Source of the DNA: Eremomyces bilateralis CBS 781.70
Lineage: Eukaryota
Assembly (NCBI GenBank): GCA_010015585.1
Contig: ML975150.1
Direction: 5' to 3' (one strand)
DNA: 64,000 bases
This document shows, one piece after another, positions 1 to 11,276 of this stretch (positions within the stretch are counted from its first letter, which is position 1; each line of letters begins with the position of its first letter). A program made the position numbers and the translations under genes. The notes under the pieces were generated by a model. The model saw only the letters and a program-made list of their open reading frames with translations, was not told the origin of the DNA and did not search any database.

Positions 1-336
1 GATGTACGTGACGATGTGCGTGTGGCCCTTGAGCTTCTTCATCGTCTCGACCTCAGTGCGCATGTTCGCGAGGGCTTCCTTGTCGGATACGGCGACGCGC
101 TTGAGGACCGCGATGTCGTGTTTATTAGGCGCCCCATCGCGCGGTACGCGGACGACGTAGACGTGGGCGAAGCCGCCTTCGGAGAGGTATTTCTCGATGA
201 TGACGCGGTGGGCGCCGACGTGGACTTTGGTGCCAGAGGAGAAGGTGCCTGGAGGTGCGGAGGCGGTAGAGGTGGGGGGGTAGGGGCGGGAGAAGGTGTG
301 GGAGGAGGAGTGGGAATGGTGATAGGTGGAGGACAT
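1..336 (-). CDS. NAK-family (Ark1/Prk1/Akl1-like) Ser/Thr protein kinase, N-terminal part; runs off the window
   Basis: Not in the ORF track. Manual translation from ATG 336: MSSTYHHSHSSS...APPGTFSSGTKVHVGAHRVIIEKYLSEGGFAHVYVVRV...IAVLKRVAVSDKEALANMRTEVETMKKLKGHTHIVTYI. This has the kinase Gly loop (SEGGFAHVY), the catalytic Lys (VLKR) and the alphaC Glu typical of NAK kinases. Confidence 0.9.
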   Translation of the reverse strand, partial: MSSTYHHSHSSSHTFSRPYPPTSTASAPPGTFSSGTKVHVGAHRVIIEKYLSEGGFAHVYVVRVPRDGAPNKHDIAVLKRVAVSDKEALANMRTEVETMKKLKGHTHIVTYI

Positions 337-3263
337 GGTGGATGGAGTGGTGGAGGTGAGATGTCGGCGGAGGAGTTGGAGATGGGGGCAGTCCTGGAGG
401 AGGAGGCGGGATGGAGGGTTATGATGTGGTGGAAGAGGACACGTAGGATGTAGCCATTCAAAGGAAGGGGAATATACCAACAAATTGTCGCGAATTGGAG
501 GGTGGAAGGATGGGAATTGGGATCTGAAGGTGTCGGGAAACTGGAAAGTTGAACAGTGACGAACTGACGATGAAGGCGGTGCAGGCGGTGGTCAGAAGCA
601 GGGGTCCCATGACAGCCATCGTGAGCCTCTATTGACTATTTACCGTAGCAAGGTACCGTATTATCTGGTCAGATATTCGGAGGCTGAAACATCTCAGCAT
701 CTACTATCTCTCCTTCAATAAACATGATTCAATAATATCCCTTCAAGCAAGTCTCGGAACAGGGATATTTTGGTAACCATCTCTATCAACACCTCAACCC
801 CGATTCTAGACCGAGAACCGTGTACGAAATAGTCCAGCCTCTATTAGGTAGGATGGTCACTAGGCAGCCCAGTTTCAACATCGCAGATAGAGTGGACAGT
901 ACGTAGTCCCAGCAGCATCCATTTAAGTATTCCTCTATAGGCCTTCCATAGGCCTTGCATCATTCCGTTATTATAAGATCTTAGGTCTGATTGCCGCCTA
1001 GCCACGCCCACGGCCAATCTGCACCCTCCTGATCAGCTGGATATGAAGGCCAAAGATGAAGACAGGGAAATTGATGTTGAGGACCAGCGGCTTCGATGAG
1101 CAGCATTGCCATTCATAGACGTGGTTCAAGCTATTCGAAAATCCAAGCTAAAAAGACAAACCCTTGCAATACGAAGGATGCAAAGAATCACTGCCGGTAT
1201 GGAGTCCATCGAGACCCCTCGTTTTTGTTGCACTCCAAAATCCATATTCGGCGTGATATTATAGCAACTCAATCCCTGGAATTATCCCAGTGGCTTTGTG
1301 CTCACTGCTCAGAGATATTTAGCCAAAGAACCGTTCTCGATCCAGCCAGCCGATATATCTCCCCTCACCACAGCGTCACACCACCATCCTGTCCGAATTT
1401 CCGAGGTTGAACAGAACCATCGATGTCGACCCGGTTCAAACCGTTGAAATTCGCGTAGGTCGGAATGTACGCGTGGCGATGATCGTCAGCCAAAGGTGAG
1501 TGCGCCGCTGCCACTTCATCCGGGCGGTGGGCGTCTGTCAGGGCCTCAGGGGACGGTTCATGATAGGCCCAATGTGCGAATTGGGTTGAAGGAAGTCGGT
1601 CGCATGGACGAGGAGGGGTAATGTCACATGTTTGTGATACCCACGATAGGTTGGAACTTGGTTCAAGGAGAATCGACGAAGACCAGGCTTGGGGAGGGTT
1701 TGTTAATGGTGGGAAATCTGGGATTGCGTAGGTATAGTACCACTATGGCTGCAGTAGACTCGAAGATTTGATCAAGGCACAGGATTTGGAACCATTGATT
1801 ATAATGAAGGACTGTGAAGTTGGTACAACATATGGCTTGTTTGGGTTGGGACGGGTTTGAGCGAAGTAAGAAATGTAGGTACCTCCGTATCTGATCATAT
1901 TGATATTCAATACTACTTTGGACTGCTAAGTGCTGGAGTGAAGAAAAGCACTTGATGATCTTTGAAGGGTACCTATCCCTGAGGCGTCGAATACCCTTGA
2001 ATGTTAGCTGGTTTCGCCTGATATGACTTTGCTAATGATAGAATTCCACCAACTAACTTAGTTATAACTATTTCATTTAGTTAGTATGAAATACGACTCT
2101 CCATTTCCGTAGGCTAGAGGAGGATGTTAAAGATGAAGGACGTTCAAATTCCTCCTCCGGTTACGGCGCAATGCGTTCTTCTCCAAAGTCTCAATCGGGT
2201 CCCAATCACTGCCTGGCACCGGACCAGGATAACCCAGGTGAATTTCCGAGACGCGCTTTGTATCGGAGGATCGACATGGGAACCAGGAGGATGGAACGGG
2301 CATTTCAGACCGTTGATGCAAGAGTCCTTCCTAGAAGACTGTTATGACGCGTCCCATTGACTGGATTGCGATCGGGTGATGTATGCTGAATGTATTGGGA
2401 GTATGCAAGGCTGGGATTTGAGAATGTTTTGGAAACTGTGCATCGTCATCCTAGAAGAACGACGGATCATAAATCGAGGAGGAGGATCGGGAGCGGAATT
2501 GGAGAACAGTTGCAGCTGCAGCTGGGATCATGTGATGTGATCATGTGATGTGCATCTGCGGATGGAGGGAGGGCTTTAAGGCAAGACGGCAGGAAAGGGA
2601 GCAAAGGCTGCCAGGCTGTTAGACTCTCCAGCCAATCATCATTCATAATCGCCAGGAATTCCGGCCGTCATCGTCACTGGGCGCATTCTTGGCGTTTGCG
2701 GTCCGCCAAAACCAACATCACCACTTTGGCTGCCAGTATTTCCAACCTCCGCGGCGATATCTTGACCATATTACCCTCATTATCTCCCCATCATATGCCA
2801 TATTCTCCTCCCTAGGCCCTGTAATTTCCCCGAGAATCACTCCAACCTGCTATTCCTCACCTAGATCACCGCTCTTGCTTCAGAACCTCCTCTCACCTAC
2901 CCCAGCAGCTTTCCTTTCAGTAAGCACAAGGCTGCTTGCAATGCCGCTTTCCTCATCGCGACGATAATCCCCCGTTTACGTCTCCCCATTGCCTAAGGTC
3001 ATACAGGTGCCTGCATCTCTGCGGTATCATCTCCAGCTGGAATTCACTTAGATACAGTGCCGCGTGTGCCTGCCTCAAGGCTCCGCTTGCTTCCCCGACT
3101 TCAGCGGTGCTTCCTCATCATCACTTATATTTCCCCTCCTCTCACTTAAATACAAACGACATAACAAGGCTTGGTTTCCTCAACCGTATCCTCGCGAATC
3201 CTACGTACCCCTGCCGGTGGCTCTCACTTTGCCAAAACGTCAGATATACCACCTGCCGACAAC

Positions 3264-6100
3264 ATGGTGCGAATTCCACGCCCCCGCCGCTTTTCCACCG
3301 GCGCAACCTCCGACACCTCATCCTCCACGTCACCGGAACGGGGCGCCGACGACGACAATGACTCCATCATGATTAACCCCAACGATTCCATCTCCTCGCT
3401 CGCCGCATCGGTCGAGCACGACCGCGACGCCGACATGGAGGATCGCCGCCCCCTCGCTCCCATCGAAGCCCTCCCCGCCGAGCTGATGATCGCAATCTTC
3501 GCCCGCCTGTCCTCCTCGCCGCAGGACCTGCGCAGCTGCATGCTCGTGAGTCGCGACTGGGCGCGGAACAGCGTGGCCTTGCTCTGGCACCGACCGCAGA
3601 CCAACAATTGGAAGAGCTTGCAGACCGTAGTGCGGACCATCTCCAATAAGTCCACCTTCGACTATCCGCAGCTCGTCCGGCGCCTGAACCTCTCCACGTT
3701 GAATAATCAGGTTAGCGATGGCACGTTGATGGCGTTTCGGGAATGTAAGCGCATCGAACGCTTGACCTTGACCAACTGCACCCGCCTGTCGGACCAGAGC
3801 GTCAAACCCATGATTGTGGGGAATCGGAGCCTGCTGGCGCTCGATGTCACGGGGCTGGAGGGAATCTCATCAGACACGATGCTTGAGGTGGCGAAGAACT
3901 GCTATCGACTTCAAGGACTCAATATCACGAACTGTCGCCTCGTCACTGATGAGGGTCTTGAAGCCATCGCTCGTAGCTGTCGACATATCAAGCGTGTATG
4001 TACCCTCATTTCCTCCTTTTGTAGAATATGCTGACCACTTTCACAGCTCAAGTTTAATGGCTGCAACCAAATCACAAGCAAGGCTGTTCTAGAGTTTGCG
4101 GCCGCCGCCCAATATCTGCTCGAGATTGACCTCCACTGTGTCCACCTCCTTGAAGACGATGCCGTCACTGCACTGCTGTCAAATGGCAACCAGCTCCGCG
4201 AACTGCGTCTTTCCCACTGCTCTCGCATTACGGATGCCGCCTTTCTCAACCTTCCGACCAATGCTCAGTACGAGTCCCTCCGCATCCTCGACCTGACGGA
4301 CTGCATCGAATTGCAGGATGCCGGTGTCCAGCGCATCGTGACCGCCGCGCCCCGACTCCGGAACCTGGTGCTCGCCAAATGCCGACAACTGACCGATCGC
4401 GCCGTAATCGCGATCACGAGATTGGGCAAGAATCTACACTACATCCACCTCGGCCACTGCGCACGCATCACCGATGCCGGTGTGCTTCAATTGGTCAAAC
4501 TCTGCAATCGGATCCGCTACATTGACCTGGCCTGCTGCAGCCAACTCACCGATCAAAGTGTGCACATGCTGGCGACCCTCCCGAAACTCAAGCGGATCGG
4601 GTTGGTGAAGTGTGATAACATCACGGATCGAAGTATCTACGCGCTGGCGAAACCGAGAAACGCGGGAAATGCTCCGAATATTCCACCGCTCTATGCACAA
4701 GCAAATTTCATCCCTGGGTATAATACTCAAAATGCGATGAGCGGGGCTACACCTAGCAGTTTGGAGCGAGTTCATTTGAGCTACTGTCGGAATCTGACGC
4801 TTAATGTGAGTTCAACGTGTTCACTATGTGTGCTTCTACCCAGTTTACTGACGCGTATTCCAGGGCATCCACGCTCTCCTCAACAATTGCCCTCGTCTCA
4901 CCCATCTGTCCCTTACAGGCGTCCAGGCATTCTTGAGAGATGATCTTCTCCGCTTCTGCCGTGCAGCTCCTCCAGGTAAGCTCTCAATTCTTCTGCTATT
5001 CCTGTTTGATCAAGGATTGACGGGTTTCAGAATTCAACGAGCACCAGCGCAACCTGTTTTGCGTTTTCTCCGGCCATGGCGTCAAGGATCTTCGCACCTT
5101 TCTGAATGAGGATACCCATCTCCAACCTCCTTTCGATCCGTCCGAAGACGAGGGGGACGATCCAGCGCTCCCTGACCATGCTGCTTCCATGCCAGCACCA
5201 AATCAGGATGGCACCATGTACAATGATGGAGACGATGACGATGCCATACCACTCATTCAACATGGTGCTCCACCTTTGGCTTCTCTGCCTTCTCAACTGC
5301 AACCATCGAACGGCCTCTCGAACATGTTCCCGGTCATTACGCCGCCGGCCGCCCAAGGGTCTCAAACCACCTTAAACACCGGATGGGTACCCAGCACGAT
5401 CTTGCAGGCCCTACACGGGAACCCATTCGCGTCGCAATCGACCCAAACCCAGGCTCCGACCCCATCGACCTTCAATTTCTTCCAACAGCAACCCCAGGCA
5501 CCCGCTCCATCGACGGCCCGGCAGAACCCCGCGCCTCCGCCCTTCCCTCCCCAGACTCAACACCACGCCACCCAACATACTGCCCCCTNNNNNNNNNNNN
5601 NNNNNNNNNNNNNNNNNNNNNNNCCCCGCCCCTCCTCTGCCACCCAATCTTCCTCCACCAGCACTCCCCACCGCCTCCCCCGCATCCCCGCCTCCCAGCC
5701 CCGCCAACGAGCCCCAAACGCCTGGTCACCCACCACGGCGCCCTGGGCGGACGTCGGGCCGTCCACGGCGACTGCGGGACCCAGTACAGGCGGCGGCGTC
5801 GGATCGATGACGGTGTTTGGCATCGGGGGGGGTGGAAATGGTAATGCAGCGGGCGCGAGCGCGGAGTCGGTGGTCGATCAGAGGAGGCATAGCGTGCCGA
5901 GGATGCCGAGTGCGTTGAGGCATGTGACGAATAGTGGGGGGAGTGGGGGCGGAGGCGGGAATGGGAATGGGAATGGGAGTGGGAATGGAGAGGTGACGCA
6001 GTTGATGGGGACGGTGGGGTTGGGTGATCGAGAGAGGAGGACGAGTGGGAGTGGAAGTGGAGAGGCGAGGGAGGAGGATGTGGAGATGCAGGACGGGTGA
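3264..6100 (+). CDS. GRR1: SCF F-box/leucine-rich-repeat protein Grr1; exons 3264-3995, 4047-4805, 4864-4975, 5031-6100
   Basis: F-box (IEALPAELMIAIFARLSSSPQDLRSCMLVSRDW), then LRRs (CKRIERLTLTNC, LRNLVLAKCRQLTD, LHYIHLGHC, SLERVHLSYC) and CPRLTHLSLTGVQAFL. GT-AG introns 3996-4046, 4806-4863 and 4976-5030 keep the frame. The low-complexity tail crosses an N gap, so its frame is less certain. Confidence 0.93.
5589..5623. other. Assembly gap (35 N) in a C-rich low-complexity part of GRR1
   Basis: Run of n characters in the sequence. Confidence 1.
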
Positions 6101-9100
6101 GAGTAGTGATGAGTCGAACGAGCCATGCACAACGACCGGAAAACCATCGAAAGGATCGAGGGTAGAGAATTGGAGTTTGCGAAAGGTGAAGAGAAGCAGA
6201 GGCGAAGCTTCACGCCTCGCATTATGGATTACACACGATATCACGTCCGCACGAAGTCATGTTTTTTGAATCGCGCTTCCCTCCGCCATAGCGAGGCGAG
6301 GTGAGGCGAAGTTGATACTTTCAGCATTGTTAGGGAACAGCACCGCAGGATCACGTCGGTGTCTGTCGTGTTTACAGGTATGCAGAGATGGGGATTTTCT
6401 GCTTTTCTAAGGGTTTCTTTATCTGGTTTCGTTGGCTCGGGATGTTGCGAGCTTTGAGGAATGAGGCTGATTTGCGGCTGGGAGATGTTAGGGGCAGGAG
6501 GTTTCGTAGATGATACCAAATTATGAGTTTGCTTTGTTGCTTGACGATGCGGTCGCGAGGCTTGGTTGGTGTTCCGTCATTCGCCCCTTTCGAACCTTTC
6601 TGAAGCCCACATCGACGAGAGGATCGGTAGCGCTGTCCGAATCAACCGACACCGGAGAAACCAGACATGGTTTCTGGAGTTTTCTGCAAGAGTGACCGTT
6701 TCGAGGGGTAATTGTCCACGACCCACGACGGAAGAGGGGCTATTAGCAAAGAGTTCCTCGATCGTGACGTATATCGTTGTCAAATGGACAGAATATCCCG
6801 TGTCTTAGAAACACATCTCCGCCGCCAGTATCTTAGATCGTGCAGCGTATTCCATATTAACCATGATTTCCACGTGGATTCCACCCGTGTCACTCTCCCA
6901 AACAAGCGAAAAACAACCCCCGCAGATACAGTAATAATTAGTGCCCATTTCCAATTTTCCATCAAGCCATCTCTAACATCCCACATTTAAGCCTCGATTA
7001 CCCGAACCGAACCCCATGAAATGAGTCAACCTCCCGTCCGCCGTTTGTCCCAGCGTTGGAGCCTTTACCCCATCGTGACCCTTTACCCCATCGTGACCCC
7101 TCGCAACCACCTAACCATTACCTTATACCTAGGTATTCATACCCCACGATTACTTGAGAGAAACCTCTAGTCTCCCGCCTCTTGCTTGATGCTTCATTGT
7201 CCCCATCTATCCGCCTCGGACGGACTACCGCTCGGTTGCCGATGCGTGACGTCCTTTTGCCGAGAAGGAAATTTTGCTATCACGGTGGCTAGAGACGGGT
7301 TTCCGGCTGTTCCTCGGAGATAGTGGAGGTGGATTGGGAGATAGTTGGAGGCAAAGGTAGTAGGTTGATGGTCCTGACTTTATGAATTACGACACGATGG
7401 ATGGGAATTAGGGAAGGGAGTTAACTATGGCGGGTAGGACCGCCGCATGCTGTATGCAGTTATTCTTTAGGAGCCACAATCTGGATTGCGGGTAGAGCCG
7501 AGGGGGCTAAGGTAGGGTACCAGTACCTGAGAGGATGGGGGGACGTTCAGTATTTTCTTGACTTGAATACGTTAATAACTTCACATGAGACTAATATGTA
7601 GGAAATCCGGGAGAGAAAACATGTCACCAGCAATATGACGTTTAGGGCTAAATATAATCGGTCTGCGGATGGATGGTTCCCACTACGACTTTGGAGGCAT
7701 TTGCAAGCTTTAAGAAGTATAGGTACTCCGTTGGTACCTATAGCACTGACGAAGCATACGACTTTGTATCAGGGTGGGAATTGCTCACATCATGCAACAG
7801 GGTCGAGCAAGCATCTTTAGCAGCCCAGCTGGCAGAGAGTGTCACAGAAAAGCTCGATAAATATAAAATCAGAAGCGGTGGAGACCATTCAGGAACGCCC
7901 GCATCCCAGTCCACCCACGGGGTCGATCCATTGGATTTTGATGCACATCCGCTCAACCTCGCTTCATGACAACTTCACAAGGGATATTAAACAATGTCGA
8001 AGCACATTTCACATTTTACAGGCATAAGCAAAACCTTCTGTCATCGTAACTCTCTTTTGAGGTCTGTGACACCGCTGGTTGACTCAGGTTGAGCATTTCT
8101 CAGAGCACGCCATCCATCGCCATCGGCTTTAGCATCCTCAGCTGGAGGACGACGCTAACGATCTGGAAACGCTGAGCGACAGAATGCTGTATCTCCGAAG
8201 CTTCCAGTCGCAAATGCGGTGTAGATGATTCTCGATTCGCACAACTCGGGCTCCCGACGCTGGCGTTTCGATATCGCTCCTTACCCTCTCGCCCTATCCC
8301 AAGGAAGCCGATCCCTTCCTCCTCCGGCGTGAAGGTTGACCATCATCCCAGCGCTCCGGGTCCGACCTCTTCAGCCGTCCTCAATTGCCCACATCGGCTC
8401 CGGTGTGGCGTTTGGTGGCATCTTTTCACGAGTTCGCCGTGCCCGGTAGCGGTAGTCTCAACATGAACCGCATCTGTGATTCCAGATTTCAGATTTCAGA
8501 TTTTTTCTTTTTTTGGCGGTGATGCTTCGTTCTTGCTAGGGCGCCACATCGAATCAATGTGGAGCGGAAAGATCCCAGGTTGCAGGGCAGGGACCGCTGC
8601 GGCATGCGCACTGACGACAAGTGCGCAGTGCATCCGATCATATATCTGTGAGGTAATGCCATTATGTAACTCGTGATGGTTGTGCAATATCCGCAGCGAT
8701 GATATAATTTTTCGGTTTCCAGGAGTTTGGTAATAATTAGATGACACAGAGATAGGCCGAGTTCAAGGCAGTGCGTGTGCATGTGGAGATTTTTGCGGCA
8801 GAGGCGGTGAGGATTATTGACGGTCGGCCCACCATCAAGGTGAAAACAGGGGATTCAGGGGATAATGGAAAGTTGCTCGATATCTTTCGTTGATCATACA
8901 TGGCCCTTGAGTGATGAGTGTCAAGTGGTCGAACTCGTCACTGTCAGGGGTAAAAATCAGTGGTGAGACTGGAAAAGGAAATAGAGGAAAGAGGGAGCAT
9001 GATTCCTCGGTTCTATGTAGCGGTGGGACCAACAAAGGATGCCCACAGCGTCTAGTGTGTCGAATACCAAGTTCGACGAAAGGAAAACCATAGCTAGCAG

Positions 9101-9368
9101 ACATGTTTCCAGCTCTTTCAATGAGAATCTGCTCGAGGACCTCTTGCTAGGGAACCTCGTAAACTCCTGTGTATATGCCCTCGGGATAGGAAAATCGGTA
9201 CACATCTAATAGGAAAATCAACGCGCTCAAACGCATATCGTAGCGCTCCCACAACTGATTCGGTAATATGAGCGCCTCAAATGGGGTATTTCAGAAAACA
9301 CATAGGAAAACCGGAAATCTCACGGCTTTTGTAAACCGGCACGTGGACATCACCCATCACTCCAATCA

Positions 9369-11276
9369 TCATCCCATATAATGCTGCCCCTCTCCATATC
9401 CGCTGTGCGCCGCCGACTGCTGACTCGACTCCGACTCCTTATCCTTCTTATGCCCAAACTTCGGCACCTGAATCTTCCAATCATGATAGCTCACCGGCAC
9501 CTTCTGCTTGCTCACGCTCGTCGCCTTTCGCTTCGTCCGCCCCGCTGGCACGTACTTTGGCCCGCTCGTCGGCGCCGGCACGCTGTGGTTCGAGCTCCCG
9601 CTGCTCGACACCGCCGAGTTCAGGTTTGGCTGCGAATGCTGGGTGCGGAGCCGCGGCCGCTTGTCCTGGTGTTGGTCGTCGCGCTGGAAGATGTCGAACG
9701 AGCGGACGCTGGCCGCCACGATGCGCGAGGCGCGCGGTTGGTAGACGTCCGACATGGTGGAGTCGGCATAGCCGGCGGAGGCGGAGGTGCGGATGGAGGC
9801 GGCAGAGGAGTGGGTGCTGGCTTGCTCGCTCATCTCGCCAAGGGCGGTGCCGGCGAGGAGGTCGAGACCGGTGGGGGTATTGCGAGGATGGACGGTGGAG
9901 GCGTTCGCTGCCCGGTCCATGCTAGAATAGGGGTGAGTATTCTGAGAGCCCAACGGGGTGGGTGGGTGGTAAGGCGGTGGCGAGCCGTACAGTGATTCAA
10001 CGATGGACGCAGGACCGCGTGGGGTGTGGTACGGAGTCTTCTGGTACTCAGCGTCCATGCTGTCCGGGGACAGCAGAGTGGTTGTGGTGGAGAAGCGGCT
10101 TTTCTCAAGGGGATGGCCATCAAGTTCTAGGTCATCTTCCCAGCACGACTCGTCTGAATTTTGGGCAGCGGGTGGAAGTGCGCGGATCTCATTCCAGCTC
10201 AGCTCGTGCCGTTGCAGAGCGATGAACACCGCTTCGCCAATGCCTTTCAGCGCTGCTACGCAGTTGTCGCTTAGGAATGTATGTTCCCATATTTGCGGCT
10301 CCAGGTAACGATCTTGGAGCCGGCTCAGAGCCCGATCTTGGGAACTGACACAATATAACGGCATCCAGTCCCGGCCTTGGAAGACTTGAGCGAAAGCCGT
10401 GGTGACGCATCGGACAAAGGTCTCGCTTGTCCTGTCCTCAAAGCTCAGATGCTGGTTGAGATTCCGCGATGAACACCGGCGCTCGGCAAGAGTCCCCTCT
10501 TTAAATGCAAAGCTTTGGTGCTTGCTCGGGACCAGAATGATATGGGCACTCCATTGCTGTGGTTGTTTTCGGTCTATGCGAAGCGGGAGCTCTGATACGG
10601 ATGGCAGGGTTATACGCTCAGGTTGGACTGGTTGGGCTGTGGGTGTGGCTGACTTTGACCAGCGTCCTGTCTCGAGTTTGCGTTCCAGTTGCTCTAATCG
10701 GTCCTCGAAGGTGATATGAGCCTCATCGATAAGGTTCACTTTGGTCGAAATGTCGTTGATGCCATTCGTTCGGTCGACAACTGCCTCAACCCGATCCTCC
10801 AAGCTGACATGTCTCTTGTTGAGGTCCTCACATGCCAGCTCTACGTCCTTCGCCAATCTAGTCCACCGTTCTTCCAAAGACTTGTCCACGTAGAACTTCA
10901 ACTGGGTCATGTTCTTGTACTGTCCCATGACCTGCTTGTGAATCTTCTCCACTGCCTCTAAGCTCCTCTGTCGCTCTTCCTCCAGCTGCCGATGGAGCTG
11001 CTCGACTTTCCCAACCACGTCGGCATAGTCATCAGCGGAGACTGCACTACCCGACGGATTCGTCTCATGAACCCATGCCTGATGTCCACATCCGCACTTT
11101 GATCCTGGCACCTCCCTATCTAGCACGAAAGACATGCATGGACACGGTGGTCGAGGGCCCGATGAGTCTGCTGGATACACGTATCGACATGATCCGCGAG
11201 GGAGCTGTGGATCTGGGCTCGCCGGTTGGATTCGTGGGAGGTGGACCAAGGTTTGGGGATAATGATTACCGGACAT
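9369..11276 (-). CDS. Hypothetical fungal protein, 635 aa: N-terminal Cys/His motif, coiled coil, globular middle, disordered tail
   Basis: Uninterrupted 635-codon ATG ORF with motif C-x12-CPC-x12-CGCGHQAWVH and a heptad-rich segment (VEQLHRQLEEERQRSLEAVEKIHKQ). Confidence 0.85.
   Translation of the reverse strand: MSGNHYPQTLVHLPRIQPASPDPQLPRGSCRYVYPADSSGPRPPCPCMSFVLDREVPGSKCGCGHQAWVHETNPSGSAVSADDYADVVGKVEQLHRQLEEERQRSLEAVEKIHKQVMGQYKNMTQLKFYVDKSLEERWTRLAKDVELACEDLNKRHVSLEDRVEAVVDRTNGINDISTKVNLIDEAHITFEDRLEQLERKLETGRWSKSATPTAQPVQPERITLPSVSELPLRIDRKQPQQWSAHIILVPSKHQSFAFKEGTLAERRCSSRNLNQHLSFEDRTSETFVRCVTTAFAQVFQGRDWMPLYCVSSQDRALSRLQDRYLEPQIWEHTFLSDNCVAALKGIGEAVFIALQRHELSWNEIRALPPAAQNSDESCWEDDLELDGHPLEKSRFSTTTTLLSPDSMDAEYQKTPYHTPRGPASIVESLYGSPPPYHPPTPLGSQNTHPYSSMDRAANASTVHPRNTPTGLDLLAGTALGEMSEQASTHSSAASIRTSASAGYADSTMSDVYQPRASRIVAASVRSFDIFQRDDQHQDKRPRLRTQHSQPNLNSAVSSSGSSNHSVPAPTSGPKYVPAGRTKRKATSVSKQKVPVSYHDWKIQVPKFGHKKDKESESSQQSAAHSGYGEGQHYMG

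Noticed and set aside
16..461. ORF-track entries 16..453 (+) and 39..461 (-)
   Set aside because: Shadow frames of the real kinase CDS (336-1, minus strand).
1050..2460. Fragmentary minus-strand reading frames between the kinase and GRR1
   Set aside because: Multiple stops and no recognised family; left unannotated.
2526..2552. Tandem GATCATGTGATGT upstream of GRR1 (similar short tandems at 7063-7098 and 62461-62480)
   Set aside because: Short local duplications or microsatellites; no spacers and no evidence of function. Not CRISPR-like.
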